A DNA stretch of 64,000 nt, from positions 1 through 64,000 of the forward strand of contig JAAFKI010000182.1 of assembly GCA_021399345.1 (NCBI GenBank), read 5' to 3'. A program made the position numbers and the translations under genes. Positions 1-9,364 of the stretch are shown piece after piece. The notes below the pieces were generated by a model. That model was given only the letters and a program-made list of their open reading frames with translations. It was not told the DNA's origin and made no database searches. This stretch comes from Candidatus Heimdallarchaeota archaeon (GTDB lineage Archaea; Asgardarchaeota; Heimdallarchaeia; Heimdallarchaeales; Heimdallarchaeaceae). The first letter of the stretch is position 1; every line of letters starts with the position of its first letter.

Positions 1-114
1 GATGTCTTTGATCTCTGGCATTCAACAGAAGATGTAGTAGAGAATTTGGATGAACAGCTGTTGCAACAAGCATTTGAGCTTACAATAAAAATCCTAGAAG
101 AACTTGATAAATAA
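1..114 (+). CDS. 3' end of a gene entering the window; probable M28-family metallopeptidase C-terminus
   Basis: Frame 1 reads DVFDLWHSTEDVVENLDEQLLQQAFELTIKILEELDK*, resembling the YHTxxDTxxxLD C-terminal motif of M28 peptidases. Confidence 0.5.
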   Translation, partial: DVFDLWHSTEDVVENLDEQLLQQAFELTIKILEELDK

Positions 115-151
115 AATAGCTTAGAAAAATAGTGTTCAGTAGAAATAAAGA

Positions 152-260
152 TGGTAGCGCCGAATGGACTTGAACCATTGATCTTCGGGTTTTTCAGCTT
201 AGAATTCACAAATTCTGAACTTATGAGCCCGACGGGTTTTCCACGCTACCCCACGGCGCT
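152..260 (-). tRNA. initiator tRNA-Met (CAT) with 31-nt intron at 37/38 (191..221) and encoded CCA
   Basis: Reverse complement folds as a cloverleaf: acceptor AGCGCCG/CGGCGCT (A1-U72), D stem GGGT/ACCC, anticodon stem TCGGG/CCCGA (3 G-C pairs of initiator tRNA), loop CTCATA, T arm AATGG-TTCAAGT-CCATT, ends ACCA. Confidence 0.95.
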
Positions 261-379
261 TTTCTTATGGCTTTCTTTTCCTCCTCTTCTTTTAAATCTT
301 TGTTTTTACAACTAAAGCTAGTTAAGATGAAGAAGGGATTATTTTGTTAATCGTTTTACGGAAAAGTTCATAACTTTCC

Positions 380-1231
380 ATGAGGGCTTCTAATTGCATG
401 CTTACTGAGTCAGATGAATCTTGCTATGTACATAAGGTTCGACCAAGAATTTCTACTATCTTCTTACTACTGATAATAGATGCTCTTGCTTACTACGTCC
501 CTTACAGAAATGATGTACATATTGGTGATTTGTTTGGTTTATCACTCTGGTTTTATTTTGGACTACTTAATGCCATTTTGATTGTTTTGGTTTATATCTT
601 TGTCAAAGGTCAGGTGTCTATAGACTTTTCTTCAAAAAAAGTAATCTTTCACGAATTCACTAAAAGTAAGTCTTGGGATTTTAATGAATTATGGGGCGTT
701 TATCTCCTTGCATATGATGGTGATTACCTTGTTAGAATCAGAACACATAGATTGAGATTATTGGACTTTCGATTAAATTTTGATGAAGCCTATGAGCTAA
801 TTGATAAATTCGAAGAGGCAGGAGTCCATCTTACAACAATTAGACAAGATCAAGGCAAGCGAATTTCTAATACTTTTCCACTTCTACTCTCTAAATTTGA
901 GAAGAAAAAACCAAAAGGGTTCAATCCAGAAATTCCTGATTGGAGTCGTAATGTCACCTTGAAAACTAAACTGGTTTCAATTACTATGGCTCCATTTCTT
1001 TACATTTTAGGGGCTACATTAATAGTTCGTATTCCTGATTTATTAGCAGGTCTTACTGCAACTAAGGGGATTGTAACCTTTATTTACGGCTTTACTGCAT
1101 TCTTGCTTTTTGATGGTGGGTTGTATTTACTTTTCGGAATGTCGGTGTTGGTTCTACTAGCTAAACGAATCATAAAAAGTAGTTCCTCTCCTCAATCAGC
1201 TGAAAATCCCGATCTACCCACTAATGAGTAA
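380..1231 (+). CDS. membrane protein of unknown function (2 TM - possible PH-like soluble domain - 2 TM)
   Basis: 283-aa ORF with N- and C-terminal hydrophobic helix pairs flanking a beta-rich segment. Confidence 0.6.
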   Translation: MRASNCMLTESDESCYVHKVRPRISTIFLLLIIDALAYYVPYRNDVHIGDLFGLSLWFYFGLLNAILIVLVYIFVKGQVSIDFSSKKVIFHEFTKSKSWDFNELWGVYLLAYDGDYLVRIRTHRLRLLDFRLNFDEAYELIDKFEEAGVHLTTIRQDQGKRISNTFPLLLSKFEKKKPKGFNPEIPDWSRNVTLKTKLVSITMAPFLYILGATLIVRIPDLLAGLTATKGIVTFIYGFTAFLLFDGGLYLLFGMSVLVLLAKRIIKSSSSPQSAENPDLPTNE

Positions 1232-1261
1232 GTTTAATTTATTTCAGATTCATTTTACTCT

Positions 1262-1816
1262 ATGACTGAATTTCTCGGCTTAATTGGATCTTGTGCAAGA
1301 ACTCAAGAGAGAAATGCTTCTAGCGAACTCTATTATCTGCTTGCAGAATTACTAGGTTATCAGAATGTGGATATTTCACCTGATTCTGCTATTTCTGGTT
1401 TGTTTATAGCAAGATTTGAAGAGGATCCTATCAAGACTCTTCAAAGAATTGAAGAAGAGCTTGAAAAGGATAGATCTGTTTTACAATATACTCTCAAACT
1501 TGTTCCTACTCAATATCGAGTTGCTACTACCTTGGAAGACATGAGGGATATAACAAAAAAAATCTCCCTTAAGATTAAGGATGATGACTCTTGGAGAGTC
1601 ACTCTTCGTAGAAGACATTCACAGCTCTCTCGCAATGAAATAATAACAGCTGTAGCTTCCGAAGTTAATGTTGGGAAGGTAATGCTAGATAATCCGCGTC
1701 ATTACATAGTAGTAGAAATTCTTGGAAAATGGACCTATTTGTCTCTATCGCCACAAGCTGAATTATCAATTTCACTGGATGAAGATCTTCCACCTGAAAA
1801 CGATTTTACATTTTAG
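1262..1816 (+). CDS. THUMP-domain RNA-binding protein (Tan1-like)
   Basis: SWRVTLRRR...IITAVA...KVMLDNP..IVVEILGKWTYLS is typical of stand-alone archaeal THUMP proteins. Confidence 0.85.
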   Translation: MTEFLGLIGSCARTQERNASSELYYLLAELLGYQNVDISPDSAISGLFIARFEEDPIKTLQRIEEELEKDRSVLQYTLKLVPTQYRVATTLEDMRDITKKISLKIKDDDSWRVTLRRRHSQLSRNEIITAVASEVNVGKVMLDNPRHYIVVEILGKWTYLSLSPQAELSISLDEDLPPENDFTF

Positions 1817-1883
1817 AATAGAAAAAAATAAAAAAAATAAGAGAGTTTGAATGAATATTTCAAACTTAGAGGTCTCTGGCTAT

Positions 1884-2054
1884 TTAAAGGTCTCTTGCGG
1901 AAACAGTTTTTCTTCCGTTTGCTTTGGCTCTGCCAGCTGCTAATTTAACTAGTTTAGCAACTTTTTCGTCTAAAGCTTTTAGAAGGTCACCGCCGACTTT
2001 ATAATCTCCAAGTTCCTTGACGTAATCTCTGACTTTAGATTGTACGATCATCAT
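1884..2054 (-). CDS. short histone-fold protein (DUF1931-like, truncated-alpha3 'face-to-face' type)
   Basis: MMIVQSKVRDYVK...ALDEKV..LVKLAAGRAKANGRKTVSARDL has the RKTV...D histone signature and ends immediately after it; ATG at 2054 preferred over TTG at 2096. Confidence 0.85.
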   Translation of the reverse strand: MMIVQSKVRDYVKELGDYKVGGDLLKALDEKVAKLVKLAAGRAKANGRKTVSARDL

Positions 2055-2117
2055 TTTACTTGCACTTCTGTCGGTTTTGACTTGCCACGGGGGCAAGCAC
2101 GTTTATAACTTCCGTAC

Positions 2118-2138
2118 TCTTATTAAAAACCTTTTCGG
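2118..2138 (-). promoter_or_regulatory. BRE/TATA promoter of histone gene
   Basis: Minus strand CCGAAAAGGTTTTTAATAAGA about 65-85 nt upstream of the ATG. Confidence 0.5.
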
Positions 2139-2353
2139 TTATGTCGAAAAATTACGGTATTACACACGTTCTAATTGAAGAATTCGTTAAAAAAGTTTTT
2201 TTTAAGTCTTAAAACCGCTGTTTTCTCTGTTTACAGGCTATTTTGTCCTTAAATTGCAATGGAGTTAATTTTGGGCGTATTTCGTGGCTTTAAAAGTATA
2301 TAGTAAACGGCAGTTATTTGTCTATATAAAATTGAAGAAAAAGATGGTTATGA

Positions 2354-3640
2354 TCATAGATTTTCTTTGAGTAAATTCCCGAGTTTACGAACACCTACAT
2401 CAATAAGTTCTTTTGACACAAATGAATACCCTATTCTCATTCCACCAGTGATCACTTTAAGTGGTTCAATCTCTCTAGCTTCAGGGTCATATGAATGTCC
2501 ACTAGGTGGATAAAAAGCTGCTCCTGGAACCACCAGAACTTCGTTGGGCATTAAAACTTCTTGGTTAAACTTCCTTACATCAAATGTAAAGGCCTTTTCT
2601 CCTTTAGGTTGATACCAGATAAAGAATCCTCCTGATGGATTAGTGAAATCACCTTCTGGAAAAGTTTCTAGGAGTCCATTATATGCCGCATCTTTCTGTT
2701 CCTTGTACTTCTGGATAATTTTTGGTAATTCGGAGTCTATATGTTTATCGTAATAAATTTCAGCAACTCTTTGTGTAAGAGTTGGAGTACAGAGATCTAA
2801 ATATCCCTTTGATTTCTCAGCTTCTGTGAATAAATAATCTGGCATAATAGTATACCCAATTCTAATTGGAGCTGCTTCTTTTGAAGAAGTTGAAGTGTAT
2901 ATTACACGCTCATTATCTTTATCAAGAGTTTTCATGGTTGGCTTTCTTTCTTCAAATTGCATCTCTTTGTAAGCTGCATCACAAATAACGATAACATCAT
3001 GTCTCTCGGCAATGTCAAACAACTGTTCTCTTCTTTTTATTGGAAGAGTTGTCCCTTTTGGATTGTCACTATCTTCAACTACATAGAGGATTTTTACTTT
3101 TCTTCCAAATTTCTTTTCAGCTTTTATGATTGTATCTTCAACATATTCGGGAATTAATCCTTCATTGTCTGTTGGAGCTGTAACCACATGACCTCCAACT
3201 TTAACAACAGTTGTGACAAACCCTAGATACGCTGGCGATGGAGTTACTACAATATCTCCTGGATTGATTAGAATATCTAAAGCCAAATAAATCGCTTGTT
3301 GAGAGCCTGTAGAGATTAGAACCTTCTCCCAATCTTCTTCTCCACTTATACAATTCAATTTATCTTTTTTCACTAGTCTTTCGGCAAGAACTTTTCTAAG
3401 CCCAGGCCAACCAGCTGTCTGACCATATTGAAATTCATTTATCACTCTTTGTTCGTCAGCATCATAATATTCCGCTAGTTCTCGTAAGATCTGTGGGAAT
3501 ACTTTTGTTGGTAGATTTCCAGGTAAGCCTCCGGCAAGATAATATTTTGTTTTGTTTTTTAACAATCGTCTGATTTCGCTTTCAGGGACATCTTGTGTCC
3601 AATCTGCTAATAACTCTCTCATGGGATCCATATCTTTCAC
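2354..3640 (-). CDS. PLP-dependent aminotransferase class I/II (LysN/MocR-like)
   Basis: LAGGLP, YGQTAG, STGSQQA, DNPKG, DAAY, SSKEAAPIRIG (PLP Lys) and GGFFIW motifs. Confidence 0.9.
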   Translation of the reverse strand: MKDMDPMRELLADWTQDVPESEIRRLLKNKTKYYLAGGLPGNLPTKVFPQILRELAEYYDADEQRVINEFQYGQTAGWPGLRKVLAERLVKKDKLNCISGEEDWEKVLISTGSQQAIYLALDILINPGDIVVTPSPAYLGFVTTVVKVGGHVVTAPTDNEGLIPEYVEDTIIKAEKKFGRKVKILYVVEDSDNPKGTTLPIKRREQLFDIAERHDVIVICDAAYKEMQFEERKPTMKTLDKDNERVIYTSTSSKEAAPIRIGYTIMPDYLFTEAEKSKGYLDLCTPTLTQRVAEIYYDKHIDSELPKIIQKYKEQKDAAYNGLLETFPEGDFTNPSGGFFIWYQPKGEKAFTFDVRKFNQEVLMPNEVLVVPGAAFYPPSGHSYDPEAREIEPLKVITGGMRIGYSFVSKELIDVGVRKLGNLLKENL

Positions 3641-3760
3641 ATCAACTTTACACGGTTTCTAGAACTGTAGTTGATAAAGGTAGTTCATCTAAAAGATTTT
3701 CTCTACAACCTCTTTGACTTGACGCGCTAAACTTTTGAAGTACCAATATCTTATACTTTT

Positions 3761-4933
3761 ATGGAGAATATTAAAGCAGCTATTGTAGGTGGTGGTCCTG
3801 CAGGTTTACAGGCAGCCATTTCTTTGTCTAGAGCAGGTATAACTCCTACTGTTTTTGAAGAGCACCCCTCCATTGGCCAACCCATTCAGTGTGGGGAAGG
3901 TCTAAGTATCTATGCTTTTGATGATTTTTCAATACCTATTGAAGAAAATAAGTTGTGGATAAATCTCCATAAAAAATGTAAATTGGTTTTTCCAGAGAGT
4001 AGAACTACTTATGGAGATATTCAAGCATACATGATTCGAAGAGATAAATTTGATCAATACTTAGCGAAGAAAGCAATAAATCTTGGAGCAGAAATAATTA
4101 CAGCGACTAAAGTTCATTCCATTCAACAGAATTCAGAGGGAGTAATACTAAACACAAAAGGAGAAGAAACAAAGAGAATTCAAAGCAATTTAGTTATTCT
4201 AGCAGAGGGAGCAAGAGCTAAACTTACTCAAAGGTTGAGTTTTGTACCTCCCTCTCCTCTGATTTATGGTTTTGAGTATAAAATAGAAGGTGAATGGGGG
4301 GAAGAGTTAGAATTTCATTTCGATTCAGAAAAATATCCTTATGGATATATCTGGATATTTCCAAGAAAAAACGAAACAAATATTGGGATTGTTACTAATG
4401 CAAAAGAGAGAAAAAAGAGATTGGATAATTTTTTGAAACAAAATAATATTTCAGGTAAGATTTTGAAGAAGATGGGTGGTCCAATTCCAATGAATGGTCC
4501 AATTCCTAAGCTCTATTGTGATAATGTGTTAGTTGTAGGAGATGCAGCTGGAATGGTTAACCCCATTTTCTATGGTGGAATTAGAATGGGAATGACGAGT
4601 GGGGAAATTGCAGGAAAGATAGGTGCTAAATTTTTAACCAGTAAAGAGGAAAACCAATTCTATTCTTTATCAAACTATCAATCAGAAATTCTGAAGTTCA
4701 AATTTATGGATGAAATCAATCTTAAATGTCATAACTTCTTTTACAGCCGATCTAATAAATTCCTCTCCAAACTAGGAAAAATCTTGAATAGCAAATATAT
4801 CAATAGAATCTCAGGAAGGGAAAAAATCAAAGTTCTTTCCAGTTTATTAAAGGAACCAAGACTTTTAAGACACCCAAAAGGATTGCTCCAAATCTATAAA
4901 GGCTTCAAAATAGCTAGAGACTGGGGGTTCTAA
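3761..4933 (+). CDS. geranylgeranyl reductase family FAD oxidoreductase
   Basis: GGGPAG Rossmann motif, CGEG, RDKFD, PYGYIWIFP, VGDAAG..NPIFYGGI. Confidence 0.88.
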   Translation: MENIKAAIVGGGPAGLQAAISLSRAGITPTVFEEHPSIGQPIQCGEGLSIYAFDDFSIPIEENKLWINLHKKCKLVFPESRTTYGDIQAYMIRRDKFDQYLAKKAINLGAEIITATKVHSIQQNSEGVILNTKGEETKRIQSNLVILAEGARAKLTQRLSFVPPSPLIYGFEYKIEGEWGEELEFHFDSEKYPYGYIWIFPRKNETNIGIVTNAKERKKRLDNFLKQNNISGKILKKMGGPIPMNGPIPKLYCDNVLVVGDAAGMVNPIFYGGIRMGMTSGEIAGKIGAKFLTSKEENQFYSLSNYQSEILKFKFMDEINLKCHNFFYSRSNKFLSKLGKILNSKYINRISGREKIKVLSSLLKEPRLLRHPKGLLQIYKGFKIARDWGF

Positions 4934-4979
4934 TTTATCAGCAAACATAATAGTTAAATGCGTGATATTATAGGGGAGA

Positions 4980-5180
4980 TTGACTAAAATGATTATTCCA
5001 GTAAGATGTTTTACTTGTGGAGCTTTGATTGCTGATAAATGGGATGAATTTAAGATACAAATCCAAGAGGGAGAAGATTCTGAAAAAACTCTTGACAAGT
5101 TAAATGTCAAAAGATGGTGCTGTCGTAGAATGTTAGTTTCTCATATAGACTTAATTGAAGATTTTCTACCCTTCACCTAA
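4980..5180 (+). CDS. rpoN: DNA-directed RNA polymerase subunit Rpo10 (N)
   Basis: [11 protein letters not shown]...RWCCRRML zinc motif; ATG at 4989 likely start. Confidence 0.97.
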   Translation: MTKMIIPVRCFTCGALIADKWDEFKIQIQEGEDSEKTLDKLNVKRWCCRRMLVSHIDLIEDFLPFT

Positions 5181-5294
5181 AAATTGAATTTTTTTTCCTA
5201 CTAAAAGAACAGAAGGTTTTTAATCAAAACATTAAAGTTCTTATTGCTTACACTTTGTGGAAATAGATGTTAAACACAAAACTGAGGATGCAAA

Positions 5295-5930
5295 ATGTCA
5301 GAAGAATCAGAAGAAAAAAACACTGAAGAAGTACTATTAATTCCTAGAGATACCTATCTAGTTTCAGGTATTCATATTGGGACTAGTGTTTGCACTAAAT
5401 TTATGGAGCCTTTCAAATACAGAGTAAGAAATGATGGCATATATGTATTGGATGTTAATACAACAGATGAAAGAATACGTATTGCAGCCAAATTCCTAAG
5501 TCGTTTTGAGCCATCAAAAGTAGCTGTATTCGCTACCAGGCAGTATGCTTCAGTTCCAAGTACAAAAATGGCTAGATTCGCAGGGTTTAAAGCTATTCCA
5601 GGAAGATTTATACCAGGAACTCTAACCAATCCTTCATATGAGGGCTATATTGAACCAGATGTGGTGGTCCTCACAGATCCAAGAGCCGATAAACAAGCAT
5701 TAACAGAAGCTGCTTCAAGAGGTATCCCTGTTGTAGCTCTATGTGATACAGATAATGCTACAAATCACGTTGATCTAGTTATGCCAGTTAACAATAAAGG
5801 TCGTAAGTCCCTTGCACAAATATATTATTTGTTGACAAGAGAAATACTTCGTGCTAGAGGCGAATTGGGAGAAACTGAAGAATTACAAGAAACTGCTGAT
5901 GATTTTGCTTTCAAGTTATTGAGAGAATAA
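5295..5930 (+). CDS. rps2: 30S ribosomal protein uS2
   Basis: SGIHIGT, RIRIAAKFL, GRFIPGTLTNP, DPRADKQALTEA, PVNNKGRKSL. Confidence 0.97.
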   Translation: MSEESEEKNTEEVLLIPRDTYLVSGIHIGTSVCTKFMEPFKYRVRNDGIYVLDVNTTDERIRIAAKFLSRFEPSKVAVFATRQYASVPSTKMARFAGFKAIPGRFIPGTLTNPSYEGYIEPDVVVLTDPRADKQALTEAASRGIPVVALCDTDNATNHVDLVMPVNNKGRKSLAQIYYLLTREILRARGELGETEELQETADDFAFKLLRE

Positions 5931-5982
5931 TCACACTCTTCTTCTTATTTTTGAAAAAGATTTTATTAGGTTAAGCACATCT

Positions 5983-6960
5983 TTGATTATGGATGTGAAT
6001 ACAGTGGAATTTTCAGCGCCAGGAAAAATAATTCTTTTTGGTGAGCATGCTGTTGTGTACAATCATCCTGCAATTGCTGTTGCAATAGATTTACGAGCAA
6101 AAAGTTCTATTTCAGCTTCATCAGAACAGAACTCCATTTTATCTGTTCCCGATTTATTTCCCAAGAAGCTCTTTAATTTAAATCTCGCTACCTTACCCGA
6201 AAATCTTGCAGCTTTAAAGTTCGTTATAGATTCACTCCTTGAAGTTACTGAATCAAGCAAACATCATACAATTGAAATTTCTTCTCAAATTCCGCCATCC
6301 GCTGGTTTAGGGTCAAGTGCTGCTGTTTCAGTATCACTTATTGCAAGTTTTTCTAAATTTCTTGGAATGGATATTGATTTGCATGAAATAAACAAATTAG
6401 CATATGAATCTGAGAAAATTATACATAGTTTTCCTTCAGGTATAGATAATACTATTTCTACATATGGGGGAGGAATACTGTATGAAAACGAAGTAATAAA
6501 AGAACTATCTTTTCTGCTTTCTTCTAACTATGTAGTCATTGTTAATAGTTTAATCCCAAGAAACACAAAAGATTTAGTTGAAAGTGTAAGGAAGAAATAT
6601 GATAAAAATCCAAGCGCTATTCAAGGAATCTTTCATAACATCCATAATATTGTCATTGATGCAGAAAAAGCTTTGAAAGTCGGGGATTTAGCCCAAATTG
6701 GAGAATTAATGTCTTCAAATCATCAGTTGTTAAGGGATCTTGGTGTTAGTCATAGAACTTTAGATGAGATTGTAAAAACTCTTGACGAGAAAGGGGCATT
6801 GGGTAGCAAGCTTACTGGAGCTGGAGGTGGTGGTTGTGTGATATCTCTTTTTGATGATTACCATAGAGCAACAGAAGTAATAGAATTAATGAAGGAAAAG
6901 AACCTTCAAGCTTTTATTTCAAACTTTTCAAGTGATGGTGTAAGAAATGAATTGTATTAG
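5983..6960 (+). CDS. mvk: mevalonate kinase
   Basis: APGKIILFGEHAVVY, PPSAGLGSSAA, PSGID and KLTGAGGGG GHMP motifs. Confidence 0.95.
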   Translation: MIMDVNTVEFSAPGKIILFGEHAVVYNHPAIAVAIDLRAKSSISASSEQNSILSVPDLFPKKLFNLNLATLPENLAALKFVIDSLLEVTESSKHHTIEISSQIPPSAGLGSSAAVSVSLIASFSKFLGMDIDLHEINKLAYESEKIIHSFPSGIDNTISTYGGGILYENEVIKELSFLLSSNYVVIVNSLIPRNTKDLVESVRKKYDKNPSAIQGIFHNIHNIVIDAEKALKVGDLAQIGELMSSNHQLLRDLGVSHRTLDEIVKTLDEKGALGSKLTGAGGGGCVISLFDDYHRATEVIELMKEKNLQAFISNFSSDGVRNELY

Positions 6961-7753
6961 TATTGATATAATAAAAATTGGTGGATCTGTTATTACTGAC
7001 AAATCATCTTATCTTAAAGTTAGAAAGGAGAATTTGATTAAGATATGCAAACAACTTGAGAATTGGGATAAACCCCTCATTATTGTTCATGGTGCTGGAT
7101 CTTTTGGACATATTGTAGCAGAAAAACATTCTATTCAAACTGGTTTCAAAGATATCAATCAACTTGATGGGATTGTAAAAATTAGACAAGATATGTCTTC
7201 TCTTACACAAGAAGTAGTATCTTGTTTAATGGAGAACGATGTAAAAGCAATGGGATTCCAAACTAGTGCGTTAGCTTATTCAGATGATAATGAAGTTTTA
7301 TATTTTCTTAAACCCGTGGAAAAGGCTCTTTCATTGGGTATATGTCCGATTTTATCCGGAGATGTTTTATTTGTTGAAAAGGAAGGTTTTACCATTCATA
7401 GTGGAGATTCGATAATTAACACTCTTGTCAAAAATTTCAGTGTGAATCAAGTTATCTTTCTAACCGATGTTGATGGCTTATTTGAAAAGACAGAAGATGA
7501 AAAAGCAAGGAAGCTTGTTAGGAAACTAAGTTATCAAGATTTAGATAAATTTCAAGCAGAAGAGATTAAAACTGATTTTATTGATGTTACAGGATCTATG
7601 CAGGGTAAAATCGAAGAGATTAGCAAATTATTGAAACATGTTGATGAAGTTGTCATTTTGAATGGGCTTTTTCCTAAAAGACTAAAATTTATTCTAAATA
7701 ATGAAGAAGTGGTAAGTACAATCATATTGGGTGAAAAATCTACTCAAAGATAA
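6947..7753 (+). CDS. ipk: isopentenyl phosphate kinase
   Basis: KIGGSVITDK, HGAGSFGH, SGD, TDVDG, DVTGSMQGK; follows mvk. Confidence 0.93.
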   Translation: MNCISIDIIKIGGSVITDKSSYLKVRKENLIKICKQLENWDKPLIIVHGAGSFGHIVAEKHSIQTGFKDINQLDGIVKIRQDMSSLTQEVVSCLMENDVKAMGFQTSALAYSDDNEVLYFLKPVEKALSLGICPILSGDVLFVEKEGFTIHSGDSIINTLVKNFSVNQVIFLTDVDGLFEKTEDEKARKLVRKLSYQDLDKFQAEEIKTDFIDVTGSMQGKIEEISKLLKHVDEVVILNGLFPKRLKFILNNEEVVSTIILGEKSTQR

Positions 7754-7780
7754 GTCTTTTAAACTAAATCCAATTTTTGT

Positions 7781-7826
7781 TTTCATACCTAATGAAGGCA
7801 CAATTGTCTGTGTGCCCGAGGTGAAA
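7781..7826 (+). promoter_or_regulatory. kink-turn in the rpl7ae 5' leader overlapping the Shine-Dalgarno
   Basis: CCT-AAT-GAA-GGCACA ... TGTGCC-CGA-GGT: 3-nt bulge, tandem GA/GA, 6-bp stem; GAGGTGA SD lies inside. Confidence 0.65.
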
Positions 7827-7831
7827 TAAAA

Positions 7832-8191
7832 ATGTACAAAAAATTTGATATTCCCGCTGAAGTCGTTAAAGAATCTTTAAGCATCTTAGAAACTTCTTCT
7901 AAAACTGGTAAAATACGAAAAGGAACTAATGAAGTTACAAAAGCAATTGAAAGAAAGACTGCTTTAATCGTATATATTGCTGAAGATGTGAACCCTCCTG
8001 AAATTGTAATGCATTTACCTCTTCTGTGTGAAGAGAATAATATTGTCTATACCTATGTAGCCACAAAAGATGATTTAGGCAAAGCCGCTGGCTTAAAAGT
8101 AGGTTCAGCTTCAATTGCTGTTGTAGATGGTGGAGAAGCTAAACAATCTATTAAGGGGTTAAGCAACAAATTGAAGGAACTTAAGAAATAA
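7832..8191 (+). CDS. rpl7ae: 50S ribosomal protein eL8/L7Ae
   Basis: GKIRKGTNEVTKAIER, IAEDVNPPEIVMHLPLLCEE, LGKAAGL. Confidence 0.97.
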   Translation: MYKKFDIPAEVVKESLSILETSSKTGKIRKGTNEVTKAIERKTALIVYIAEDVNPPEIVMHLPLLCEENNIVYTYVATKDDLGKAAGLKVGSASIAVVDGGEAKQSIKGLSNKLKELKK

Positions 8192-8196
8192 TCTAG

Positions 8197-8427
8197 GTGA
8201 AAAAAGTGAGCTCACGAGACGACGATAGGGCAACTCCTGCTGAAGTTATTCAAGTACTAGCAAGAACTGGAAGTGTTGGGGAAGTTACCCAAGCAAGAGT
8301 TAAGGTTCTTGATGGTAGAGATAAAAACAGAATCTTAACACGAAATCTCAAAGGTCCTGTTAGGAAAGGAGATGTCATCATGCTCCGAGAAACCGAAAGG
8401 GAAGCTAAAAAAATACGTAAAAGATAA
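8197..8427 (+). CDS. rps28e: 30S ribosomal protein eS28
   Basis: [12 protein letters not shown]...[22 protein letters not shown]. Confidence 0.97.
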   Translation: MKKVSSRDDDRATPAEVIQVLARTGSVGEVTQARVKVLDGRDKNRILTRNLKGPVRKGDVIMLRETEREAKKIRKR

Positions 8428-8437
8428 GTGATTAACA

Positions 8438-8626
8438 ATGCCACGAACACAAAAATGCTCATATTGTGGGAAAGAAATGGAACCTGGCTGTGGTATGCTC
8501 TTTGTTCAAAGAACAGGATCAGTACTCTATTTCTGTTCAAACAAATGCAAAAAATCACAACTAGTTCTAAAACGCGATCCTAAAAAGTTGAAATGGACAG
8601 AGAGATACGAAAGGAAATTTGTGTAA
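8438..8626 (+). CDS. rpl24e: 50S ribosomal protein eL24
   Basis: CSYCG...PGCG...FCSNKC...RDPKKLKWT. Confidence 0.96.
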   Translation: MPRTQKCSYCGKEMEPGCGMLFVQRTGSVLYFCSNKCKKSQLVLKRDPKKLKWTERYERKFV

Positions 8627-8748
8627 TCCCTTTTTCTATTAACTCTTTTTTTAAACTCTAAATGTTTATTGATTCCAATTTTCAAGGAAAATATGGTTGA
8701 ATCAATTAATTTTTATTATCACAGTAGAAATCTGTTACAAAATACAAG

Positions 8749-9207
8749 GTGTATAAATTGGAACGAGAGTTTATTATGATTAAACCTGATGGTGTTCAAA
8801 GAGGACTTGTTGGGCAAGTAATCCAAAGAATTGAAAATGTAGGGTTCAAAATAATCGGATTGAAAATGATTACTGTTACTATTGCTCAAGCAGAGGAGCA
8901 CTATGCGATTCATAAAGAAAAACCATTTTACGAAGGTTTGTTAGAGTATATCACATGTGGACCAGTTGTTGCAATGGTAGTCGAGGGGAAGGATGCGGTT
9001 AAGATTACTAGAAAAATAGTAGGCGCGACAAATCCAGCGGATGCAGAACCGGGGTCAATTAGAGGCGATTATGCCCTAGAAATTGGGAGAAACATAATTC
9101 ATGCTGGAGATACACCAGAGAATGCAATTGTAGAATACAAAATATATTTTGCTGAATCGGAATTTGCTAGTTACTCAAAAATAGATGAAGAATGGTTATA
9201 CGAATAA
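8749..9207 (+). CDS. ndk: nucleoside diphosphate kinase
   Basis: IKPDGVQRGLVG, GATNP, PGSIRGD, RNIIHAGD catalytic His. Confidence 0.97.
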   Translation: MYKLEREFIMIKPDGVQRGLVGQVIQRIENVGFKIIGLKMITVTIAQAEEHYAIHKEKPFYEGLLEYITCGPVVAMVVEGKDAVKITRKIVGATNPADAEPGSIRGDYALEIGRNIIHAGDTPENAIVEYKIYFAESEFASYSKIDEEWLYE

Positions 9208-9364
9208 TCAACCAATCTCAACTTTTGTTTTTTGAAAAATTCTTTGACTTATTCAATTGTCTGTCATTAAGGGATTCTTCTACTAAAACTATGTTCAACC
9301 AATTTCTTTTTATTTGAAATAATCGAAAATTCCTTGAGATAAAACTATCATCAGATAAACTTCT

